Positions 23,970 to 33,885 of a stretch of 36,715 nucleotides of DNA are shown here, piece after piece; within the stretch, counting starts at the first letter, position 1; the number at the start of each line of letters is the position of its first letter. Source of the stretch: Octopus bimaculoides (Eukaryota). Below the pieces are notes generated by a model that searched no databases, was not told the DNA's origin, and saw only the letters and a program-made list of their open reading frames with translations. The stretch lies in NCBI RefSeq assembly GCF_001194135.2, contig NC_068990.1:56687470-56724184 (forward strand). Direction: 5' to 3'. Both the position numbers and the translations under genes were made by a program.

Positions 23970-24126
23970 GATAATAATAACAGCATCGAAAAATACCTTA
24001 GGAATGAGAACCCAGGTTCGAAATTTCTCCAAGACACCTGATGAAGGCTGGAAGGTATATCAGCTGAAACATTGTGTTGACAACAAGCAAGATGAGGACA
24101 AATATCCATCAAATGTAAATAATGTA
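23743..24126 (+). mobile_element. Penelope-pLTR-like element: palindromic tRNA-like head + (AAT)n + hammerhead-bearing tail
   Basis: 23743-24005 is a near-perfect palindrome centred at 23866/23867. The right arm has A-box TGGCGTAGTGG (23875-23885) and B-box GTTCGATTCC (23920-23929) and continues into a hammerhead core at 24038-24073. Confidence 0.8.
24033..24078 (+). ncRNA. Minimal type I hammerhead ribozyme motif (CpG-decayed)
   Basis: Stem I GACAC/GTGTT; CTGATGA (24038-24044); extra A; stem II GGCTG/CAGCT; GAAAC (24066-24070); ATT in place of GTT. Confidence 0.75.
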
Positions 24127-25340
24127 TACAGGATACACCATTATAATTTTTTTAGCAAATTCTTCATCAGTACTAGAGACTAAAATAATTACATTGCTTC
24201 TCTATCACAGAAATAGTAAAGAGAAGCAATGTAATTATTTTAGTCTCTAGTACCTTTGAAAAATTTGCTAAAAAAATTATAATGATGGTGTTTTATATTA
24301 TGATTTATTTCAAATTGATATAAAGTTTTCTGGCTGTGTGGTAAGTAGCTTGGCAATTTAGATCCACAAACAAATCAGTATAAATGGGGCTTATCTTGGT
24401 GCCCCATAGCTTCTATACTCACCAGAGAAAGAGAATCAAGGAAAAATGAAAATGAGTTCAAAGAGCCAGAGAATTACAGAGGTACTGGTTCAAAGAAATA
24501 TTTCTGAGTGGTATATTTAAATACCAAGATAGAATGTTCACCTACTTACACATATCAAGTACTAACTATAATGTTATTGCTAGTCCTTCTGTGTTATTCA
24601 AGTTACAAGCAGAACTCCTAAAAATTCCAAACATTTCAGTCATAGAAAATTCATAGGAACTAATCTTCCTTCAGAATGATAATTATTTTTTAGTATCTGT
24701 TTCTTTGTTATGATTTACAGTTATTGTCAATTTACAATAGATATGACTTAGAGAAATCTGAAATGTCATTCACAAAACTATGTCAATTTTGACTCAAGCA
24801 AAATAATTTTGGTTGTATTTTGATTTTATATTCTCAGTCAAAACATTAAAATCATTGAATCAATGAGTTTTCTAACTTGTGAGGTTTATTGCTTTTAGAT
24901 TTTTATTTCAGTTTCTATTGATAGACATCAATCAGTCCCGCAGACATTGCAGGTAAAACAGTTCGTTGTAAGTTGGTTATATACTGAAAGAACTTATGAA
25001 TGAATTAACCTCCCAAGATTTTCAATGTAAAAAATGATATCAGACATATGTACTGATCTGAAATTAAAATATACTATAGGGTCATTGACATCCCTTGGGC
25101 CATGTATCTATTGTTTTCCAGATGACCATGTTACTGGGTAAGCTTCAGGTTGCATTTCAATTCATCTTTCGCAAATAAGGCACTAGTATATAGACTTCAT
25201 CTATTGTTTAACTGTAGTATTTTTTTATAAACCTAATCATTCACTTATCATAACGGGATAATTTATATATGTCTGTCTGTCTGTCTATGTATCTATCTAT
25301 CCCTCTCTCTCTTTCTCTCACTCTGTATATATATATATAT

Positions 25341-25372
25341 AACCCATGCTAGCATGGAAAGCAGACGTTAAA

Positions 25373-25376
<4 letters not shown>
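25341..25376 (+). mobile_element. 36-bp RTE 3'-terminal fragment embedded in (TA)n
   Basis: One mismatch to positions 5-40. Confidence 0.85.
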
Positions 25377-25406
<30 letters not shown>

Positions 25407-25767
25407 GTGTTACAATAAGTATAATTTGTAAGCATATATGTATGAATGGTTGGATTTACAGATTTAGGTTTGCATGCATACACACATAGATACATGAGTG
25501 TGTGTGTGTGTGTATGTGTGTGTGTCTGTCTGTCTGCATGTTTTTATGTACATATGTATGTATCAATTGTTAAATGAAGATACAGAGAAAAAGCACTCAG
25601 TAGAAATGTTAAGCTGATTGGTTTATTTAGGCATGTCATTTATTACTTAAGAGTCCAAACTGGCTAAAATGTGCCAATATGGACTTGCCTGAAGATGTAG
25701 TTACATGTCAGTGGAAACTCTTAAGTTTCAGACAACTGCACTGGGTTTAATATACTACATTTGCAAT

Positions 25768-25985
25768 GGCGGTGAGCTGGCAGAAATGTTAGCATGCTGG
25801 GCAAAATGCTTAGCAGTATTTCGTTTGTCTTTACGTTCTGAGTTCAAATTCTGCCGAGATTGATTTTGCCTTTCATCCTTTTGTGGGGGTTGATAAATTA
25901 AGTACCAGTTGCATACTGGAGTCGATCTAATTGACTGGTCCTCTACCCCAAAATTTCAGGCCTTGTGCCTAGAGTAGAAAAGAAT
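25768..25985 (+). mobile_element. tRNA-derived SINE family B, near full length
   Basis: GGCGGTGAGCTGGCAGAA head, GAGTTCAAATTC B-box, TTAAGTACCAG core, GGCCTTGTGCC 3' end; several other copies in the window. Confidence 0.85.
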
Positions 25986-26288
25986 ATACTATGTATGTGT
26001 GTGTTTTTAAATGCTAGAAGGGTTTAGCTTTCATGGTGCATTATAAAATGTTAAACACCTTCTTTACATGCTCTTTACTCATGCAGAAAAAAAGGAGACT
26101 TTCCTAGTAGATTGTTTCACATCTTGTTGGGTACTCCTCAGAAATAAGCAAATCATGAAACTGACTGTCAAGAGATACTTTCTGTTCTTTTTCTCACACA
26201 TCAAAAGCATAGAAGGAATACCTTTACAAGGCAAGGCTTTCTAATTTTCAAATTTAGGTCAGTAATTCTGATTCACACTGTTTAATTC

Positions 26289-26350
<62 letters not shown>

Positions 26351-26388
26351 GCATACATACATATATATAGACATATATACATATATAG

Positions 26389-26433
<45 letters not shown>

Positions 26434-26478
26434 CACATATTCAATGTATGTGCTCAACTTGTTCTCTAGTAGGCTTCA

Positions 26479-26621
26479 ATCTGGTGTGGTGGAGATGACT
26501 CCATCAAAGTGCCAGGTGTTAAAACACCTGACTCTTGAAAGTCATAGCCAGGCAAGACACCTGTCTATGACACGATTTTAACACTTGGTGATCTGATGGG
26601 ATCATCTCCACCATACCAGAT
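26479..26621. repeat. 143-bp foldback hairpin (small MITE-like)
   Basis: Outer arms 26479-26524 / 26576-26621 (about 39/46 complementary) plus inner stem GTCATAG-C-CAGG / CCTG-T-CTATGAC. Confidence 0.8.
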
Positions 26622-26949
26622 GGCAACTTCGAAAATGTTTGTAACACTAATGCAGCTTCTAATTCATATTTGAATATGTATATATATATTAAATAAACTT
26701 TTAAAACAGTTCAAATATGTTAAATATATTTAACCTGTAAAAAAGCTATCTTTGCTGAGGTTTGATGAGGAGGAAATTCTTGTGTTAGGCAAAGCACCAA
26801 CAGTCATCTCAGATAGCTTCTGTAGCCTGATGAATACATTTCTAGGTATTTGATTATTGTTAGCAAACCTTGAGATGACTTCAGAACCCATAACTTTCTT
26901 ATAGATAATCAGTAGGGTCTATCAACTTGGACAGGTTCAGCTGTTGGTG

Positions 26950-27790
26950 TTTCCATGCCTGAAGAGCTTGCTTTGAACAGGTAATGGATCCCTGTAGCAC
27001 TGCTATGCTAAAGACTTCTAGAAGTTATCCATAGTTTCCAACCAAAAAGTCCTCCCAAAGAGGCCACTCACACTGTTCTTATTGATGCCCTGGGTTGATT
27101 CCAGGCCATCATCGCTCATGCTCTCAACTATCTCCCATAGAAATCTTGAGTTGTTTTCCCACAAATGGTCTCATCAGGCTGGTTCAAATTTGAGAGCACC
27201 TGGCAATATTCTAAATGTCAAACACCCAATCTTGGTCTATGGCTGACCCATGACTGCAGGTCAGTCAAGAAGGTGATCACCAGAGTGATGTGTCACATGA
27301 CCAACCTCATTCCAGTTCACTCTCATTTTTATCGTCATTGTTGACACCATCACAGTTATCTAGATATTTCTGTAGATGTGTCAGCCTCAGTGCATACCAG
27401 CACATCATCTAGGATGGTATCTTGAGACCCTCATGGAGTGGATGTTGACAGAAGAAGGATTTCCTGACAAGTAGAACCTGAACCTTTTGTAAGAATCAGA
27501 ATAAGTGCTACAAAACAAGTCAGAGTTTCCTCGAGACAAGGTACAATGGCCAAGCAGTAGTACACCACAAAGGTGATGTGTGCATTTGATACTTCAGCTT
27601 AGCTTTTCAGAAACAGCTTCCTCTCAGCCTATTTCTGTGGGAAATCAGTCACCTTGCTCATGACCTCATTCCAGTTCCTAGCTACCTGAAGCTCTGACTC
27701 AAACATGGCTCGAAGGATTTTCACTGGATCCTCAGTCCGTCCAGTGACAGAAACCACCACTGTTCAACATGGACTTACCTCTCCAGGAAC
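26950..27790 (-). mobile_element. L1/Tx1-clade LINE remnant (end of RT and downstream region)
   Basis: GRTEDPVKILRAMFESELQVARNWNEVMSKV..QK*AERKLFLKS*AEVSNAHITFVVYYCL..HPLHEGLKIP..ALRLTHLQKYLD..MDNF*KSLA*QCYRDPLPV matches the Tx1 W..RKLSL.GR..V.N....YY and P..GGLG.P patterns. Confidence 0.75.
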
Positions 27791-28084
27791 CTAGTTACAA
27801 ATCTACTGATTTGTCTTGGTTTATGTGTACCTCTGTATATACCTAGTATTCTCACAGAATAATGTCAGACATCATGACAAGGATGTCATCCATGTATAAC
27901 AATCATGGCTCTCCATGTGAGAAAATAATCTTAATGTAGACAAGGAGCAAGGGAAAATAAATTTAAACAGATAACTATTTTAGATATCATTTCCTTCCTT
28001 GGATTTCATGCAAAGTTAAGCAGAAGACAAGAATAAATTGTGGGCAAAAAATAGGAGTGAAAGAAAAAGGAAAATAATCTTGAT

Positions 28085-28557
28085 GTAGATGGACATTAAA
28101 GGAAAATATTTGTTTGAAATTTTGAAGTGACGAAAAAGTGATATGGACACGAGCCACAAGTTGTGATAGTGAATGATAATTATAGTATATTTTGGGATTT
28201 CTCCATAGAGACTGACCTTATTATTGAAGCAAGGAGACCAGATATGATTGTAGAGGAGAGAAAAAAAAAAAAAAAAAAAGAGTAAGATCACAGACTTTGC
28301 AATACCATGAGATAGTGGAGTGGATATGAGGGGAAACTGAGAAGATAGAGAACTATCAAGAACTAATCAGAGAAATAAAGAGATTGTGGAACATGAGGGT
28401 GAAAATTGTTCCTGTGATAATTGGTGCACCCTGTACAACATCCTGACTGCAACCTAAGAGGCTGAAGGATATTAGAACCGAGAAACTCATTGTTGACCAA
28501 CAGAAAAGTGACATTCTGTATTCTACAAAAATCCTAAGAAATGTTCTTGAGATTTGA
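28085..28557 (+). mobile_element. Restriction-like-endonuclease (R4/Dong-type) non-LTR retrotransposon, 3' remnant
   Basis: *YGHEPQVVIVNDNYSIFWDFSIETDLIIEARRPDMIV..KITDFAIP..EKIENYQELIREIKRLWNMRVKIVPVIIGA..ILRNVLEI* (WDF..RPD..D.A.P..K..Y REL motifs); followed by a (TAA)n tail. Confidence 0.82.
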
Positions 28558-28635
28558 AGAGAATTGTTGTCATCAGACACCTCAGGACAGAATCCTTAGT
28601 AATTCAATTAACATGTAATAGCATTTGTAGAATGT

Positions 28636-28740
28636 TAATAATAATAATAATAGTAATAACAACAGCAGCAGCAACAGCAACAACAACAACAACAACAATA
28701 ATAATAATGATTGTGATGATGATTATGATAATGATGATTT
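28636..28740. repeat. Compound (TAA)/(CAG)/(CAA)/(TGA) trinucleotide microsatellite
   Basis: Direct reading. Confidence 0.9.
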
Positions 28741-29019
28741 CTTCTATCTATCATGGAGACATCAAATCAGTGGGGACGTTACAAAGACAGGTTTCAAATT
28801 GCGTGGGTGTGAACATAAAATTGGATGAAGTAAAAAGTGGGTGGTTGAGAAATTAAATGAAAAGTATATATAGTATACAAAATTTATAAATACATGGATG
28901 GTGCAATCCTTCTGCTACTGGAGAGTCTCTAACTAGGAATAATCAAGGAACCAAACAGATCTGAGATCACCTTGAGTACCAAGGGCATGAGCACTTGCAC
29001 AAATATTGTTCAACTGCTA

Positions 29020-29089
29020 ACAAGCTGGAGAGTTGCACCAGGCTCCAGGCATCTGTTTTAGCTTGGTTTCTTTGCCTAAATGCCCTTCC
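29020..29089 (-). mobile_element. RTE-type tail fragment interrupted by the LTR
   Basis: GCACCAGGCTCCA..TTGGTTTC..ATGCCCTTCC matches 19184-19234 and stops at the LTR start. Confidence 0.6.
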
Positions 29090-29291
29090 TGTTGTAGGGA
29101 ATTAGTAATAATGATACACCCCTCTCATGTGACGAATGGAATAACCTAGTCACTAAAAAGAAAGAGAAATACGTGAAGTACCAGAGTATGTAGTTGGCAG
29201 TCAGAGATAGTCATGTCTTTACTGGTTTTACTAAGTATACTGTATACCAAAGTAGGTGTTATAACATTCCAGCGTTTTAAGGATTATAACA
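29090..29291 (+). mobile_element. 5' LTR of a Ty3/gypsy retrotransposon (202 bp)
   Basis: TGTTGTA...TATAACA inverted termini, immediately followed by a PBS and a gag-like ORF. Confidence 0.75.
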
Positions 29292-29292
29292 G

Positions 29293-29305
29293 TGGCAACA
29301 AGGAT
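29293..29305 (+). promoter_or_regulatory. Primer binding site, probably tRNA-Ser(GCU)
   Basis: TGGCAACAAGGAT equals TGGCGACGAGGAT (complement of the tRNA-Ser(GCU) 3' end ATCCTCGTCGCCA) with two CpG-type transitions; 1 nt after the LTR end. Confidence 0.7.
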
Positions 29306-29402
29306 TTAACAACTCACGAAGATTTTAACCACTATGAGAAATTAACAAACTCACAAAGCTTTCGTTGTGAGAATTTTGTGAAAAAGAAAAATCATAAAAA
29401 TT

Positions 29403-29640
29403 ATGGAAAATTTGTTGGCCGGTTTGCTCGAGTTGCAAAAACAACAACAACAACAACAAAAACAGTGGATTCAACTGTAAGAACAACAACAACAAATGCT
29501 GCAATTAATGGAGTCATCAGAAAATTCAGAAAAGACGTTCTTGCCAGACTATGTTGTGAACTTGATAGCAGAGTTCAAATGTGAACCAGATGAAGGAGTT
29601 ACCTTTGAGGCATCCTACAGAAGATATGAGCAAATCTTCA
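29403..29640 (+). pseudogene. Ty3/gypsy gag N-terminal stub
   Basis: MENLLAGLLELQKQQQQQQKQWIQL*EQQQQMLQLME..VNLIAEFKCEPDEGVTFEASYRRYEQIF (F.Y.P....TF..Y.RYE.IF gag-like motif); ends abruptly. Confidence 0.75.
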
Positions 29641-30300
29641 ATGTTATATATAAATTTATATATATTATATAAATCTATATATATCATATAAATTTTACGT
29701 CCATATATTGGTCCTTTGGTAAATTGTTTGTATTCGTCCATAATGGTTGAAAGCATGTTCATAGTTCAAATGTAAATATATTCAAAAAATTACTGAGTAA
29801 GTAAATAAAGCATATATAGGTTTTTATTTTGTGTGAGAGGTTGGAAGATTCCATTTCAATTTTAATTTTAAATTTGAATTAATTTAATTGTAAGTTATTA
29901 TAGGTGATAACTGAATATATTTACATTTGAACTATGAACAATATGAACATGCTTTCCACCATTATGGACGAATACAAGCAATTTACCAAAGGACCAATAT
30001 ATGGACGTAAAATTTTCATATCAACTTCATGGATTTGGATTTTTTTACCAACTCACCAACCTCAAAAAAATTTTTTTCATCAATTCACCAATTTCAAGGA
30101 CAGTAATTTTAAATACATTACCTTCTTATATATTTTTATAGACTATATTATTATTATTTTTGAAAAAACTACACATACAAATACATATCACAAAAATAAT
30201 ACATCTCTGATGAGCAGAAATATTACCTAGATATAATAATCCATTTAGGATATTATTTCAGCAACAATATTTTCGTGAAACGATCGTAAGATAATTGTAG
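29641..30300 (+). mobile_element. Probable Penelope-like terminal fragment with inverted partial duplication and hammerhead motif
   Basis: 29690-29786 is an inverted near-copy of 29912-30015; hammerhead at 30203-30292; no recognisable ORF. The Penelope assignment is inferred. Confidence 0.55.
30203..30292 (+). ncRNA. Type I hammerhead ribozyme motif with extended stem II
   Basis: Stem I ATCT/AGAT; CTGATGA 30207-30213; 11-bp stem II GCAGAAATATT/AATATTTTCGT; GAAAC 30277-30281; GATC; cleavage triplet GTA 30286-30288. Confidence 0.72.
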
Positions 30301-30524
30301 AGTGTCAACATACACATATATGTACTCAAACATACATATTTTTATATTTAAACTTACATATTTATTATTATATTTCTACATCTATTTTTTCATATATATA
30401 TAATATAATTTTTTCTATATTTTTATAATTTAAGGCAAAAAATATGTGATATAAAAAATATATATTCTTTTGAAAGCTTCGAATATTGATTTCCTAACTC
30501 CAACATATCTACATGTTTTTTATA

Positions 30525-30577
30525 AATATATATATATATATATATATATAAATGTATATATATATTTATATAAATGC

Positions 30578-30639
<62 letters not shown>

Positions 30640-30665
30640 GTGTGTATATACATATATATATTTAT
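30525..30665. repeat. (TA)n microsatellite
   Basis: Direct reading. Similar TA/TG/AG tracts at 7102-7138, 12420-12590, 16541-16599, 17615-17695, 17887-17950, 26293-26430, 32153-32250 and 36625-36715. Confidence 0.95.
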
Positions 30666-31908
30666 GTATATAATTTAGATTCAGGTGAATATGGTGAATA
30701 CTAATTCCTGATAATTTAAGATAGTGCAATCTAATTAAATTAGTACATAATTATCATGTTCTCTTTTAATACTTTATTTCACCACTATATTCTATGTTAA
30801 TTCCAGTCGTTCACTTTATCCGTTTCTTAAACCTTGATGAGTCCATCATTATATACCACATAAATCCTATGTATCAATTCTTTATATTAACTATATGATA
30901 AATTTATCTCTTATGTGTCCTTTAAATGATATTAAATATATAAGTTTAATTTTAAAATTTTAGTCCAATATATATAAATATCTTAATTTCACGTCTTATC
31001 TATGGGTCCTTTATATTGGTGTAAATAAGTCGAAATGTACTTTACTGAAGCATTTTAAATTAATACCACTTCATTGTTTTTGCATACTGCCTTAATTGAT
31101 TATTTACATTATTATACGCTATTTCATTTTATTCAATTATTAATTTATAATTAGCCTTTATTTATTCTCATATTAATTATGCAAATATTGGTATCTCAGG
31201 TATTTCAAACTTAGCATATGTAAAACAATACTGATATATTATTTTGATTAATGAAAACTATAAATAACCTTTTACTGTATCTGAATACAATACAGCAACT
31301 TTATTTTATAAACGTTTGACCTAGGTACCTTATGATAATACTTCCTCTGCTCCATTATAAACTAGTCTGATAGTAGAGAACCCCGCCCTCATAGTAGTTT
31401 GTCACCAAACCCTAAGAAATTTTATAACTATACCATCCATGCTTACTGTCTATACTGTTTACCCCTTACCCTACAAAGAAAATACCAGTGTCCTCTTAAG
31501 CTTTGAATCACTAGGTCTGATAAGATAGTCCATAAATCAGAAACAAAAAAAACAAAAAAACAAATAAAATCAGTGAGAGTTAAAGATCTGCTTAGAATTA
31601 ATTACTAGCCTGTATGGTCAGGCTAAGTCAAAATGGTTTTTTGTATTCTTCCTTTCTACTTGGAGAGTTTAGATTTAGTTATAAAAATATGTCCTTCTGC
31701 TTAAAAGGAATTTCATTAAATTTGTATATCTTTGTGCAGCTGAGGATTGCTCTGCATTTTATATTTGATGTAATGTTCACATTGCTGCATTAAATGGAGT
31801 CACATGAAACGATTGTACTGCATTAACTTTGGATATCCTTGTTGCTTATTTTGACTTAATAAATACACACAAATTTATATATATATATACATATAAATGT
31901 ATATATAT

Positions 31909-32152
31909 NNNNNNNNNNNNNNNNNNNNNNNNNNNNNNNNNNNNNNNNNNNNNNNNNNNNNNNNNNNNNNNNNNNNNNNNNNNNNNNNNNNNNNNNNNNN
32001 NNNNNNNNNNNNNNNNNNNNNNNNNNNNNNNNNNNNNNNNNNNNNNNNNNNNNNNNNNNNNNNNNNNNNNNNNNNNNNNNNNNNNNNNNNNNNNNNNNNN
32101 NNNNNNNNNNNNNNNNNNNNNNNNNNNNNNNNNNNNNNNNNNNNNNNNNNNN
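31909..32152. other. Assembly gap (244 N) within (TA)n
   Basis: N run. Confidence 1.
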
Positions 32153-32223
<71 letters not shown>

Positions 32224-33481
32224 CACACATACATATGTGTGTGTGTGTATGATGTATATGCCCACATAAAGAAGTAATAGGCCAATTTCAACATTGCTCT
32301 AAATTGGTTGCCAATCTGAAATCTAAAATGTAAAGAATACATTTTCTGCTTATGTAAATATATAAAACACACAGCAAGTCTATGTTATTGTTTAATAACT
32401 GCTTTTCTAAACTCCCTTAAGTGGCACTGGCTACTGTAATATAAGTCACATTAAAGAATATTTACCTGCTGTGGCATCTAGATGCTAAAATCTAAAATCC
32501 TCTGAGAAATGCAGAAATCTGACCATTCACATGATATAAGTATGGCTTTCTCATGTCAAGGGTAGAGCTTTCATCGAAAGAAACCACTCTCGCTAGTCAG
32601 AAGCTGTCAAGAAAATTTCTCCATGCTTAAATGAAGTTGCATATGCATTGTTAGTCAACAATTACTGCATCTCAAATGCAACATTCACTAGTTATGGCTA
32701 GAATTAAAGCTCTTCAAAAGAAACCCGTCCACTTCTGTAGTTCTTTTAATATAACAATTTTCAGCTAGCTATTTCAAATCTAAGTGACTCCTTTGTTAGC
32801 TGAAATTACTTAAGATAAGAATTCAAGTTAAAAAGCCTTGACTTGCTACATTTAAAATATCGAGGTTCACTGCCTTAGCAGCTAAATAGTCTTTCAATCA
32901 AACATGATAACTTCAGTGATTGTAGTTTTCTTTTGCTCTACGATGGTTCCAATTGTTCCCGTAGAAAACCTAATATCAACTTCACAAATGTTTTAACCTA
33001 ATTATTTTGAAATGCATGCATGACAGTTAATTTAAAGCATTTTGCATCTTCCATCTTCAATTTCTTCCTCTTCCTCTCTCTCTATTTTTCTCTCTCTTAT
33101 GCTCGTTATTTTTCTCTATCTTTCTTCACCACTAACAGTGTCATCCTCTTTATCTCTTTCCATCACTTTTCTCTATATCTTTATCTTTCTTTTACTTCCT
33201 ATCCTGAACATTATCTCCAGGCTGCACTTTCGTACTCTTTTTCATTACCTTCTTCAATTTCTTTTACTATAAATCTTTCTTATCACCATTTCATTCTCTC
33301 ATCCTATTACCTTCAGTTCTTCTCTCTCTCTCTCTCTCTCTCTCCCTTACATACACATACACACACACACTCTCTCTCTCTTTCCATCTATTTATCTACC
33401 TATCTATGCATCTATCTATCTATTATCTAACTATCTATCTAGCTTTTCATTCTTCAAACAATACTTTGAAATCTTATTATT

Positions 33482-33885
33482 TTTCAACAAGGCTGGTAGA
33501 TTGGTAGGATCACAGAGCACTGGACAAATTGTCTGGTATTTATTTCAGCTCTTCATGATTTGAGTTCAAATCTCACCAAGGTTAATTTTGTCTTTCATTT
33601 ATCCAAAGTCAATAAGATGGATTACCTGCCATGTACTGGGTTAATATTCAACTAATCCAACCTCCTCTAAATTTCAGGTCCCTTACATATTTATTAGAAT
33701 AATCATATATTTCAACAAGGGGGCAATATACTGGCTGAATCATCAAGGGACCAGGCAAAATTCTTGCTCAGGATGTACTAAGTTCCAATCTTGCCATTCA
33801 TCTTTGCAGGGTCAATAAAAGTACCAGTCAAGTACTGGACTCAATTTAATCAATTAACTCTTCATACCAAATTTCTACCCTTGTG
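33482..33885 (+). mobile_element. Two tandem degenerate SINE family B copies
   Basis: Both start after TTTCAACAAGG (33482, 33710). The first has GAGTTCAAATC, the second AAAAGTACCAG..AAATTTC, colinear with 25768-25985. Confidence 0.6.

Noticed and set aside
27921-28089. 20-bp direct repeat GAAAATAATCTT(A/G)ATGTAGA (27921, 28070) as a TSD
   Set aside because: The enclosed 130 bp is not a recognisable element, and the second copy abuts the R4-like remnant; unexplained but weak.
29213-29584. 123-aa ORF with poly-Thr
   Set aside because: Off-frame reading of LTR and gag; the meaningful frame starts at 29403 and gives poly-Gln.
29641-31350. Mitochondrial control-region NUMT
   Set aside because: Very AT-rich with TA tracts, but I found no mitochondrial tRNA, rRNA or protein motifs; the hammerhead and inversion fit a retroelement better. 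BLASTN to the mitogenome would settle it.
30680-31350. Penelope GIY-YIG remnant on the minus strand (SNVYKIK; IYHIVNIKN*YIG)
   Set aside because: The motifs are short, in different frames and plausible by chance in AT-rich DNA; needs an HMM search.
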